From IMG/VR virus record IMGVR_UViG_3300027782_006229, positions 20,842 through 84,841 of that record: a DNA stretch of 64,000 nt, one strand, 5' to 3'. Positions 10,322 to 19,945 of this stretch are shown in pieces. Numbering within the stretch: the stretch's first letter is position 1; each line of letters opens with the position of its first letter. A program made the translations under genes and the position numbers. Under the pieces are notes generated by a model, which was given only the letters and a program-made list of their open reading frames with translations, did not search any database and was not told where the DNA came from. The DNA comes from a virus.

Positions 10322-11578
10322 ATGAATAGACGTGAATTTATACGAGTTGGTGCTGCTGGTTCGATGTTATTGCCTGATTTTTTAAGAGCTCAATCACAAA
10401 ACAAAGCAAAAGCAACATCAGTTGTACAGATTTATTTGCCAGGTGGTATGAGTCATCAAGATTCATGGGATTACAAGCCATTTGCACCATCTGAATATAG
10501 AGGACCATTTGATCCAATTAAAACAAAAATTGACGATGTGACTTTTGGGTCACTTCTTAAAGAAACTGCTAAGATTAGTGATAATTTAACTGTTATCCGT
10601 TCAATGACACATGGCGAAGCTGCTCATGAGCGTGGAACACATAATATGTTGACTGGTTATAAGCCATCACCAGCACTAAGCTACCCATCTTTTGGTAGTG
10701 TTATTAGTCATGAATTAGGAAATCGCAACAATTTACCAGCATACGTTCTTGTTCCAAACCAATTTGCACCAGAAAATGGTACAGGTTATCTATCAACAAA
10801 ATATGGAGCATTTTCTCTAGGTTCTAACCCAGAAGATCCAGGATTTGCTGTTAAAGATCTCAATTCACCTGCAGGTATTAATGATAAAGCATTTGATAGA
10901 CGTCGTAACCTACTTGGTGCTGTTGATGAACACTTTAAAACCCGTGAATCTAATGTAGATGCTGTTAAAGCAATGGATTCGTTTTATAATGATGCATATG
11001 CAATGATGTCGTCAACACAAGCACGTGAAGCGTTTGAGTTATCAAAAGAACCAGATGTGGTAAAAGATGCATATGGTCGTAATGCAGCTGGGCAACGGCT
11101 GTTATTATCTCGTAGATTGATTGAAGCTGGTGTAAGAATGGTTACAGTAACGTATGGTTCATGGGATCACCACTCAAATCTTAAAGGATCATATGAGCAA
11201 AACATGATTAACTTTGATAGAGCCTTTGCTGCATTCATTACAGACCTTAAACAACGTGGTTTACTTAGCTCTACACTGGTAATGGTAACATCTGAATTTG
11301 GTAGAACACCAAAAATTAACGCAACTAATGGTAGAGATCATTGGCCAAGAGTATTTTCAACAGTACTAGCAGGTGGTGGTGTCAAATCCGGATATGCTTA
11401 TGGTACATCCGATGCTTTAGCTTCAGAACCAGATAATAATCCAGTAACTCCTGGTCAACTAGCTGCTACAATGTATAGTTTAATAGGTGTTTCACCAAGA
11501 AAGAAGCTAATGACACCAGATTTAAGACCGATTGAAGTCGTTTATAACGATTCACCAATTGAAGATATCTTAGTTTGA
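10322..11578 (+). CDS. DUF1501 family protein with Tat signal (second copy)
   Basis: MNRREF leader; GGMSHQDSWDYKP, WDHH, EFGRTP and GRDHW motifs. Confidence 0.9.
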   Translation: MNRREFIRVGAAGSMLLPDFLRAQSQNKAKATSVVQIYLPGGMSHQDSWDYKPFAPSEYRGPFDPIKTKIDDVTFGSLLKETAKISDNLTVIRSMTHGEAAHERGTHNMLTGYKPSPALSYPSFGSVISHELGNRNNLPAYVLVPNQFAPENGTGYLSTKYGAFSLGSNPEDPGFAVKDLNSPAGINDKAFDRRRNLLGAVDEHFKTRESNVDAVKAMDSFYNDAYAMMSSTQAREAFELSKEPDVVKDAYGRNAAGQRLLLSRRLIEAGVRMVTVTYGSWDHHSNLKGSYEQNMINFDRAFAAFITDLKQRGLLSSTLVMVTSEFGRTPKINATNGRDHWPRVFSTVLAGGGVKSGYAYGTSDALASEPDNNPVTPGQLAATMYSLIGVSPRKKLMTPDLRPIEVVYNDSPIEDILV

Positions 11579-12214
11579 CCACTTATTCAAGAACCATTCT
11601 TGACCATTATTCCACTCATCTGTAAATTCTTTCAATCCAGGTGACGCATGAGTGATAGTTATATCACCTACACCGATTTTAAAGCCAGCTTTATGGCAAG
11701 CCATTGAAAAGTCTAGGTCATAAAAGTGAAACCCAGCAGGATTTGTTTCATCAAACCTTACTTTTTGTAATACTTCTGTTTTAACAGCCATAAACACACC
11801 ATCAATTAGTATAACACGATCAGGATAACTACCAAAACTGGTCATAAACTTGGTACCTGTAGGTTCACATAGATGAGCTACAGCTCCTCTATGATGTTTT
11901 CTATTACTCATTAGATGCCATAATGCTGGTTTCTGTAATTTTGCTTCTCTTGTTCCTGCTAGCCCTACAACATCAAAGTTTGTTCCAAGATTATAGAGTT
12001 GCCTTTCAATTGCTTCAGGTGCTTCTATAATAACATCATCATGTACGAATACAATCCAGTCTGATAATATAAAATCGTCAATAGCATCATTATAGACAAT
12101 AGGTAAAGGGTCTGTATTGTTTGCTGCCCAAGATACATCATATATATCTTTTGTGCTGCGATATAGTAAAGTTGATTTTGGATCACCTTTGGTTGCTGAT
12201 ACGAATTTTATCAT
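11570..12214 (-). CDS. GT-A fold glycosyltransferase-like protein
   Basis: FVHDDV DxD-type motif; IDGVFMA and FHFYDLDF motifs. Confidence 0.8.
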   Translation of the reverse strand: MIKFVSATKGDPKSTLLYRSTKDIYDVSWAANNTDPLPIVYNDAIDDFILSDWIVFVHDDVIIEAPEAIERQLYNLGTNFDVVGLAGTREAKLQKPALWHLMSNRKHHRGAVAHLCEPTGTKFMTSFGSYPDRVILIDGVFMAVKTEVLQKVRFDETNPAGFHFYDLDFSMACHKAGFKIGVGDITITHASPGLKEFTDEWNNGQEWFLNKWSN

Positions 12215-12912
12215 ATAATTAAGAATGGGGAGTTAGGTTTGAATTTACCAACTTCTTTAAATTTATACTCTTTTGTAAGTTTAACAACCTTTCCTTCAGG
12301 TAATTCAACCCAACCCTTTCCTTTAATAGACGAATAACTACCATTATCATTAATATAGAGGGTACTACCTTGTCTTACTAGGTAGACGTTAAGGGATGTA
12401 GTGTTAACAATACAGAGAGCAAACGTCCCATTAAGTCTCTCGCATATCGTTTCAATTATTTTAACTTCATCAGTAGAAGAAGATCGAGATTTATTACCTT
12501 TGAGCTCATTCCATTTTTCTTGAATCATACACACAATAACAGATGTATCTACAGGATTTTCATTCCAATTACAATATTGTTCATTCAAACTTTCATGATT
12601 TGTTAAAACACCATTATGAAACACAAGCCAATCTTCTTGCTCAAATGGATGTGATGTATCATAGTTATATTTTCTTACTGAAGATGTTGGAGCTTGTACA
12701 TGCCCCATATAGTAAGCATGGTTTTTAGGTTTGAGCTTTTGCTTTTCGAAGTTAATATAACCTTCCTGCTTTAAAATACTTACATCGTCAACATTACCAG
12801 CTGGTGCTTTCATCAGCGTTAGTAATGACGATGCAAAGTTTCCACGAGCTTTATTAGCTTCATATAAAACTTCAAACATTGATTGATCGGCTGAACCGAA
12901 TATAGAACACAT
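12211..12912 (-). CDS. class II (Ntn) glutamine amidotransferase domain protein
   Basis: N-terminal Cys (MCSIFG); RG, HPF, HNGVLTN and VDT motifs. Confidence 0.85.
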   Translation of the reverse strand: MCSIFGSADQSMFEVLYEANKARGNFASSLLTLMKAPAGNVDDVSILKQEGYINFEKQKLKPKNHAYYMGHVQAPTSSVRKYNYDTSHPFEQEDWLVFHNGVLTNHESLNEQYCNWNENPVDTSVIVCMIQEKWNELKGNKSRSSSTDEVKIIETICERLNGTFALCIVNTTSLNVYLVRQGSTLYINDNGSYSSIKGKGWVELPEGKVVKLTKEYKFKEVGKFKPNSPFLII

Positions 12913-12960
12913 AATATATTAAATATAGACGTTAATACACAAAAAACAATAAATAATTTT

Positions 12961-14013
12961 ATGAATTTTAATTCTCTCGTTACCAAACTAGAAATCCTTG
13001 AAGAAGCTAAAACTGGCCGCTTTGAAAAGCTCTTCCAAACAGGCTACCTTAAAAAAGCTATTGAAGATAAAAAACTTGGTACAGCAAGACCGTTAATGTT
13101 TGAATTTATTATTAACTTTTTGAAAGAGAAGGGTGTAGTACCAGATGAAACATATTTTAAAGGTTCACGCGCTGCTGCTGACGCAGGTGAATTTATTAAA
13201 AATCTTATTGATACAGGTTTACTTAAAGATGAAATTGCTGATGAATTCAACGAGTATATAAAAACTAATTTAGGTGACTGGATTGGACTTAAAGTGAGAT
13301 CTTTACGTGAACGCGGTAAAGGACAAAATCGTGGTAAAACATTCGGATCTGCTGAAGAATTTAACGCATTTAAAAATGTTAAAACCAAAGAAGAAATGGA
13401 TGCTGAAAAGCAAGCTGCAAAAGATAAAAAACAAGCTGCAGCTGACGATACATCACCGATAGCCCCTTATGAGTTTACCGATTATTTAGTTAATATAGTA
13501 TCTAAGGTACCTCTAGATATTAAACTAGTAGCTAGAATTTTAACAGCTGCAAGTAATGGTAAATCAGTTAATGTGGATGATACTAGCACACCTACTAATA
13601 TTGATATATCTTTAGATCCTGAATCAGCAATTGTAGATAAGGTTAAAAAGAACGGTGCAGATGCAACAGCTGACTCACTTTTAAAAGTATTGCCGAAATA
13701 TTTAAAAGTTGATGCTGAAGATATGGAAATTTTTATAAGCTCACCACATACAATGGATATTGAATCTGAGTTTGAATCTAAAAAACCAAAAACTAAAGCT
13801 CAACGAACTGGTGTTGATTTACAAGGTTATGGAATGGGTACTATTGCTCCAGATGACTCTGAGAGACGTCTTGCAAACCCATTTGAAGATGAGGAAGTCC
13901 TTGTTCAAAATGAAAACCACAAACCAAAAGTGACATTCATTTCAACCAAGGACCGTTTTAAGCCAGCAAATTCCTGGCAACAAGCTGCTAGAGCGGAGAT
14001 GTTTTACAAATAA
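12961..14013 (+). CDS. late hypothetical protein, probably virion-associated
   Basis: TAAATA at 12950; N-terminus MNFNSLVTKLEILEE. Confidence 0.6.
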   Translation: MNFNSLVTKLEILEEAKTGRFEKLFQTGYLKKAIEDKKLGTARPLMFEFIINFLKEKGVVPDETYFKGSRAAADAGEFIKNLIDTGLLKDEIADEFNEYIKTNLGDWIGLKVRSLRERGKGQNRGKTFGSAEEFNAFKNVKTKEEMDAEKQAAKDKKQAAADDTSPIAPYEFTDYLVNIVSKVPLDIKLVARILTAASNGKSVNVDDTSTPTNIDISLDPESAIVDKVKKNGADATADSLLKVLPKYLKVDAEDMEIFISSPHTMDIESEFESKKPKTKAQRTGVDLQGYGMGTIAPDDSERRLANPFEDEEVLVQNENHKPKVTFISTKDRFKPANSWQQAARAEMFYK

Positions 14014-14741
14014 GTCTCATAAGGGATTTTTTTGCAGTTATGCTTAACCCATACAGACGATAAGTCTTGTTTATATTCGATTGGATCAATATAACCTGCT
14101 GAAACAAATCCAGCTAACCTTAAACTACTAGAAGGTGAATAAGCATCTGCTTTATCTTCACCTGCATAGCAAGTCCAAGTATCGCTAAACTTCACACCAA
14201 GTCTAATACCCTCTTCAATAATCTCTTTTTTAGACATTGTAATTAGAGGAGCTTCAACTTTAATGCGATGCTCTCGATTTAAGTCAGCAACTGCATTGAT
14301 TGCATCTAGAAACTCAGGGCTTCCATCCCAATAACCTGCTAATGAATCAACTTGAGCTGCTCCATACCAAACTGTGCTCGCTCCAACTCCTTCTGCATAT
14401 GATAGAAGGTAAGTAATAAAAAGCATATTACGGAATGCAACGTAGCTTTTCGGTTGAGCCTCACCTCTCATCTCTCTAACGTCTGGTGTATCAATATCTA
14501 GATTAGTTAGAGAAGAAGTTGGTGCTAATACATCTAGTGGTGTATTAATAATTTTCATTTTGATAATTTTCTTATGACCTACACGGCGTATAAGTTGTTT
14601 ATGAGCGCAATCTAGTTCTTTTTTATGTCTTTGACCATAATCAAAAAATAAACAATAAATTTCATCAAACTGTTCAATCGCTTTTTGAAGTAGGACAGAA
14701 GAATCCATACCACCAGAGAATGCTAATACTATTTTCGACAT
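14004..14741 (-). CDS. queC: 7-cyano-7-deazaguanine synthase
   Basis: SGGMDS PP-loop; DYGQRH, YVAFRN, APL and TWTCY motifs; the later Zn-binding cysteines are replaced. Confidence 0.9.
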   Translation of the reverse strand: MSKIVLAFSGGMDSSVLLQKAIEQFDEIYCLFFDYGQRHKKELDCAHKQLIRRVGHKKIIKMKIINTPLDVLAPTSSLTNLDIDTPDVREMRGEAQPKSYVAFRNMLFITYLLSYAEGVGASTVWYGAAQVDSLAGYWDGSPEFLDAINAVADLNREHRIKVEAPLITMSKKEIIEEGIRLGVKFSDTWTCYAGEDKADAYSPSSSLRLAGFVSAGYIDPIEYKQDLSSVWVKHNCKKIPYETYL

Positions 14742-14743
14742 AT

Positions 14744-15013
14744 TTAAATTGTAGCTTCGTCTAAGAGATTTTCAAGATATACAATACCTTTCATCCCAGA
14801 AAAACGTGAAACTTCTTTTTCGTTTTTAACAAATACACAAGTCGGTACAGCATTAATGTTGTAATTTTTAACTAATTGTTCATGTTCTTCGATGTTGATG
14901 TGCTCAACATCGCAATTATGATGTTTTTGTTTAAACTGCTCAATGATTGGTTTAAACATTTTACAAGGTCCACAATAACTAGCAGTAAAGTATAACAATT
15001 TAATTTCATTCAT
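14744..15013 (-). CDS. thioredoxin
   Basis: YCGPCK active site, AVPT cis-proline motif. Confidence 0.9.
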   Translation of the reverse strand: MNEIKLLYFTASYCGPCKMFKPIIEQFKQKHHNCDVEHINIEEHEQLVKNYNINAVPTCVFVKNEKEVSRFSGMKGIVYLENLLDEATI

Positions 15014-15014
15014 A

Positions 15015-15704
15015 TTACAAATATAATATATTGTTGGTTGTTTTCAACTTATAAGGTGAAAGTGAAAAATACCGACATGCATCAGCTATACAATTAAAAA
15101 TTTTACCATCTATTGATATTTTTTTTGCATTTGAATTATTACTACCACTATTACTACCTCGTTCTTTAGCTGTAGCAGCAGCTTTAGCTGCACCTTGTTT
15201 ATATTCTTCTTTGGTCCTTGTCGCTTTTTTTCTTTTGTTTATTTCTTCTAAATAATTTTCACCGTAAATTTCTTTATAGGTTTTACCTTTCTTTGCATTT
15301 GGGTTATTACTATAGAATTCTAATAAACCATCAGAAATCTTTTTTCTATTTTCAGGACGCTTTGATGGGTTATTTTCACCTCTTTGTGATTCATATATAG
15401 CATCTAATAGCTTTTTATCTATTATAGAGTTTTTAGCTAAAAGCTTTGCGGATCTTAAATTTGATATAAACTCATATGAACCCTCATCAAAACATTTTGC
15501 CATTAATAAGTGTGCTTGTACGTGGTCTTCAACAGACAGCTCGACTGTAGCTTCGGATAAATTACAGTCGAGCTTAAGAAATCGTGGATAGATATGATGT
15601 GTATGTAATACTAAATTAGAGTTGTAAATTTTTGTTTTGCAATTTTTTATGAACTGTAAATATTTTTGATATTCTATAACCCACAATAAATTAGTTTTAT
15701 TCAT
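15015..15704 (-). mobile_element. free-standing HNH homing endonuclease with NUMOD-like C-terminus
   Basis: HTHHIYPR...L..EDHVQAHLL; GENNP and IDGKIFNCIADA motifs; TATAAATA just upstream of ATG 15704. Confidence 0.75.
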
Positions 15705-15766
15705 ACAACTATTTATAGCGTCGTGGTGTGTTTCACCACGGAGCACTAAAATATAGCATTTTGATA

Positions 15767-16894
15767 CTATTCATCTTTATCTCCTTCTAGTTCGTCAATT
15801 TCGTCGATTTCATCTGGTACATCAGCTTCGACTTCATTACCATTACTATACAACCAATTTTTAGTAATTTCTTCTTGTAATTTAGGTAAGATATCCTCTT
15901 CCCACAGCTTAGCATTTTTACGCCAATTTTTATAATACCCAAGCTTGGTACCACTTGGTAATGCATATGTTGCACCATTTTGAATAACGGCTCCCATACC
16001 AACAGCTAAGTCAAGAAGACCGTAATACTTGTCTAAACCTGATGAGAATGACAAATACATCTCACCCTCGAGATACTGCTTTACAAAACGATTCTTACGT
16101 GTGAGAGCACGAATAATAACACCAGAATAATTTTTCTGACCAGCAACCATATTACTATCAAATGTCTTACCTCCATCGTCTTTCATAGGTTTACGAGCTA
16201 GTTGAACAGATACAGACGGTAAATAAATTACAGACTTACCACCAGGCATATTCTTCTCGAGAGACGGAAACATTGCAGATGGATCATCATACACATGATT
16301 AGTACAAAGAATGGTTGTCTTAGTAAGAGCACCCATATTATTGCATGTCTTAAGAAGTGATTTCATAGCACGAGCAGCACTACCCATATCAGCGGAAGTA
16401 CTTTCTTTTTCCATTCGATTCATTTCCATCTGTGACTGTAGATTACCTAGAGAGTCAATCGCAATGATGAATTTACCTTCAAGCTTCTTTTCTTTTACAG
16501 TTGTAAGAAATTTAAAGATTGTGTTACGAGTTTCTTCAATTGTTGTTGAAGGGATGTATTTCACTTTTGAAATATCAAGACCAAGACGTTCAGCACCTAC
16601 AGGATCAATCGAATTTTCTGTATCAAATATAAGTACCGTCTTACCCATCTTTTGCGCATTCGCTAGAATTTTTTGCACAAATAAACTCTTACCTGTCATT
16701 GATTCACCTGCAAGTAATGTTACACGACCTACTGGTATACCACCATCAAACTTACCTGAAATTAACGCATTCAATACGTAGCTTCCGGTATCAATCCAAC
16801 CATCAACCAAACTAAGGGAATTTTTATCCAAATATGTAGCATAGGGATTGATTTCATCTATACTATCTAAAGCAGCTTTTAATTCTTTATCCAT
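15767..16894 (-). CDS. uvsX: RecA-like recombinase UvsX
   Basis: DTGSYVLN, GESMTGKS, IDSLGNL, NHVY and GGK motifs. Confidence 0.95.
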   Translation of the reverse strand: MDKELKAALDSIDEINPYATYLDKNSLSLVDGWIDTGSYVLNALISGKFDGGIPVGRVTLLAGESMTGKSLFVQKILANAQKMGKTVLIFDTENSIDPVGAERLGLDISKVKYIPSTTIEETRNTIFKFLTTVKEKKLEGKFIIAIDSLGNLQSQMEMNRMEKESTSADMGSAARAMKSLLKTCNNMGALTKTTILCTNHVYDDPSAMFPSLEKNMPGGKSVIYLPSVSVQLARKPMKDDGGKTFDSNMVAGQKNYSGVIIRALTRKNRFVKQYLEGEMYLSFSSGLDKYYGLLDLAVGMGAVIQNGATYALPSGTKLGYYKNWRKNAKLWEEDILPKLQEEITKNWLYSNGNEVEADVPDEIDEIDELEGDKDE

Positions 16895-16929
16895 AAGTCT
16901 ATTATAATCTATATTTTACATTTATCCAC

Positions 16930-16964
16930 AAAAAACCCCTCTGAGATAATTATCTCAGAGGGGT
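16930..16964 (-). terminator. rho-independent terminator (perfect 30-bp palindrome plus U tract)
   Basis: ACCCCTCTGAGATAATTATCTCAGAGGGGT followed by a T run on the minus strand. Confidence 0.85.
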
Positions 16965-16978
16965 GATATAATTTTTAA

Positions 16979-17320
16979 TTAATCGTCAAACAACTTGATA
17001 ACCTGTGGGTCCGCTGTCGGTTGAATGATTGGTGATGGATTAGCAATAGCCAAGTATTGGTTAAGCAACCTATCATCAAGTTCAACGTCGCTATACGAAA
17101 TTGTTGATTTGGTATAGTGCCATACATTTGTGTCTTTTTCCTTTACAAACTCACCAAAGAACAATGGAATAGTTTGAACTTGAAGCTGACCTGTCTGGCT
17201 TGGTTGTACATGAATAATTACAGGTGTCTTAAGAGACAAAACCGTATCAGTTTCTGATACAACTTTACCAATAATAAACCTACCAACGTTGTCGATAATA
17301 ACTTTAATGTTTTCGCTCAT
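16979..17320 (-). CDS. hypothetical protein (possibly Sm-like beta fold)
   Basis: ORF with its own -10 element and terminator. Confidence 0.6.
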   Translation of the reverse strand: MSENIKVIIDNVGRFIIGKVVSETDTVLSLKTPVIIHVQPSQTGQLQVQTIPLFFGEFVKEKDTNVWHYTKSTISYSDVELDDRLLNQYLAIANPSPIIQPTADPQVIKLFDD

Positions 17321-17350
17321 ATGTATATTATGAATTATAATTGTGATATA

Positions 17351-19927
17351 TCAACCAAATAAATCAAATAATTCTGTTTGTACGTTATCTTTAGGTTTAC
17401 GAATTCTCCAATTTACAGCTTCATAAAATCTTTCAATTGCTTGAAAGAGAATTTTCTCAAACATTTTATCATAGTCAATTTTGAAAAACTGATGAAACTC
17501 TTCAGGGAATTCATTCTTAAATGCAACAGATTCTAACATATATTTATTAGGAGTTTCAACATACAAATATCTCACTTTATCACCTGATGAAAGAGTCTCA
17601 TATTTGTTATCGAGGTTAAACTTTTCAAGAAGTAAATTATAGTAATAACTCGATTTCACATGTAATGGCATACCTTTTGCAGTTTGAAATTCATTACACT
17701 GCGCAGAATATTTTTCATATCCTTTTAGACCCATTACAAACGCAACATCTTGAATAGAAAGACTTTTGAAAATATCATACGTTTCATTCAATACTTTATT
17801 AGTTTCTATCTGCGATTTCGATAACATCATCGTTTCAATAATCTTTTTAGCATAGGGTTTAATCGCATTAGGCATAGTCGTACGTACTACTTCCACTCCA
17901 GTATACTTAAATTTATTACAAGGGATACCTTCATCATCTAACACATGTAATACATAACGTTTTTTCTGCAAAAATATTCCAACATCACCAATACTTTCAC
18001 GTTTAAATACAAACCGACAATCTTTTGAATTAAGGTTCTTTTTACCCCAAATCTTAATTTTTTCATTTAAGAAATTTTCAATATTTTGCACTTGCTCATG
18101 AGTTTCTTTAGTAATACTACCATCCTTATCAAGGAACTGGATTTTATTGTCTTTAAAGAGAGACTTAATGGATACATAAGAAGAATCTGTATCATTATAT
18201 ATGATAGCTTCTTCTAGTTCATTCTTAGTAATACCACTGACGGTATTTTCGAGATATTCTCTAATGAGGATATTAGACTCTTTAATTACTGCTTGACCAG
18301 TTAAGGTTACAGAAGATGCAATATCATCATCACCAATAGGAGCTTGCTTGTTACCAAAATAACCATAACAAGAGTTAATCAAAACCTTCACACACATCTG
18401 ATGTGCATTAAGTTTAGCAACCATATCAGATACTCGTCTATATTCAGTAGTACCTTTTTTAAGTTTACTCAATTCAACTTTATATATTTGAAGTTCTTTC
18501 TTAATTTCAACACGTTTATTATAAAAGTGATCTACAAATAAAGGAACAATACCTTTAAACTTCTGCGTAAACAAAAAGTTTGCTTTAGTAATTGCAAGAT
18601 CTTCTGCTTTAATTAATTCAGCAAATTTAGCTTTAGTTAAATTAAAAGTTTTACCACTTACATGCCTAATTATGTAATTATCATCGTCAACTTTTTCAAA
18701 CTTACCTACTTTAGTTTCAGGTGATAAGTTAAGTGAAATCATAACGTTCGGATATAGTGAATTTGCGTCAAAAGAGATTATGTTTTCTTGAAAACCACCT
18801 TTAGGTTCTGCAACATATGCACCAGGATTTACACTATCAGGATCATTACGAATAAACGTTGATATAACCTTACCTAGCTCACGTGCTTTGATACACAATG
18901 CACCATTGATAACTGAAAGGGTACCCATTGCTTGCTCAAAGGTACAAAGACCAGCATATGATAACATTCTTAATAAATTAACATATTGCAACTTCTCTTC
19001 TAGACGAACAACAATATTAACGTCCTGAATATTATAATCAATAAATGTATCCCAATCAGTATCAGTTAATTGAGCAATGGACATACCATTTAAGTTTACC
19101 TTTTTCTCACCAAGTTCAATTTCACCAATATTATCTAGTTTATAACTATCACGTTCTTTAAAACAAAAACGTTTGTAAATATCCAAATAATCAAGAATAG
19201 CCATACCATCGATATAATATCGGCGTTGCTGCCTACCAAACTTACCAATAATATCCCGATAATGAACTCTACCAAGAGGTGAAAGTTCTTTAGTATATTC
19301 TTCACCTAAAATACGAGTACATCTATTAATGATATATGGAATATCAAAAAACTCGGAGTTCCACCCAGACATAATATCAGGGTAATCTTTCTTTAGGTAC
19401 TCAATAAAATTAATAAACAACTCTCTCTCATTTTTACAATGAGTGTATTTTACAGTCTTGTTACTACCATTATATGGCTTGATACCAAACGTATGGAATT
19501 CTTTACTTAAACTATCATAACAAGTGATTACAGTTACTTCATGAGTAGGGTCTTCTGGATTCGGAAAAGAATCAACAGAATAAGTTTCAATATCTAAAAA
19601 GCAGATCTTAATCGGATGCTGAGTAAATTCTGGCTTTTCATTTTCACGCCAAAATGTATCAAGTAAGTATTGCTGAGCGGGTGGTATATTTTCAAACACC
19701 CTTCTAATACCACTATCTCTTAAAAATTTACTACGCTCATATGAGTTACGAAAATATTTCTTCTTGAGTTTAGTATTATAAATTGATACACTTTCACCTT
19801 TAGGGTCTTCTAAGTACAAATAAGGATCATGCGATACAGTATACTGCACACGATTACCATCTTTATCCCACGCAAATAGCTCTACGGATCGATTATTATT
19901 ATTGTAAAAACAGTTTCTATAAGACAT
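17351..19927 (-). CDS. gp43: family B DNA polymerase (T4 gp43)
   Basis: DIET exonuclease I motif; DANSLYP, KVLINSCYG and YNDTDS motifs. Confidence 0.97.
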   Translation of the reverse strand: MSYRNCFYNNNNRSVELFAWDKDGNRVQYTVSHDPYLYLEDPKGESVSIYNTKLKKKYFRNSYERSKFLRDSGIRRVFENIPPAQQYLLDTFWRENEKPEFTQHPIKICFLDIETYSVDSFPNPEDPTHEVTVITCYDSLSKEFHTFGIKPYNGSNKTVKYTHCKNERELFINFIEYLKKDYPDIMSGWNSEFFDIPYIINRCTRILGEEYTKELSPLGRVHYRDIIGKFGRQQRRYYIDGMAILDYLDIYKRFCFKERDSYKLDNIGEIELGEKKVNLNGMSIAQLTDTDWDTFIDYNIQDVNIVVRLEEKLQYVNLLRMLSYAGLCTFEQAMGTLSVINGALCIKARELGKVISTFIRNDPDSVNPGAYVAEPKGGFQENIISFDANSLYPNVMISLNLSPETKVGKFEKVDDDNYIIRHVSGKTFNLTKAKFAELIKAEDLAITKANFLFTQKFKGIVPLFVDHFYNKRVEIKKELQIYKVELSKLKKGTTEYRRVSDMVAKLNAHQMCVKVLINSCYGYFGNKQAPIGDDDIASSVTLTGQAVIKESNILIREYLENTVSGITKNELEEAIIYNDTDSSYVSIKSLFKDNKIQFLDKDGSITKETHEQVQNIENFLNEKIKIWGKKNLNSKDCRFVFKRESIGDVGIFLQKKRYVLHVLDDEGIPCNKFKYTGVEVVRTTMPNAIKPYAKKIIETMMLSKSQIETNKVLNETYDIFKSLSIQDVAFVMGLKGYEKYSAQCNEFQTAKGMPLHVKSSYYYNLLLEKFNLDNKYETLSSGDKVRYLYVETPNKYMLESVAFKNEFPEEFHQFFKIDYDKMFEKILFQAIERFYEAVNWRIRKPKDNVQTELFDLFG

Positions 19928-19945
19928 TTCGTCTTATTATATGAA

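Noticed and set aside
17351-19927. Intein or intron in the polymerase, helicases or portal
   Set aside because: Lengths are normal and no splicing motifs were seen
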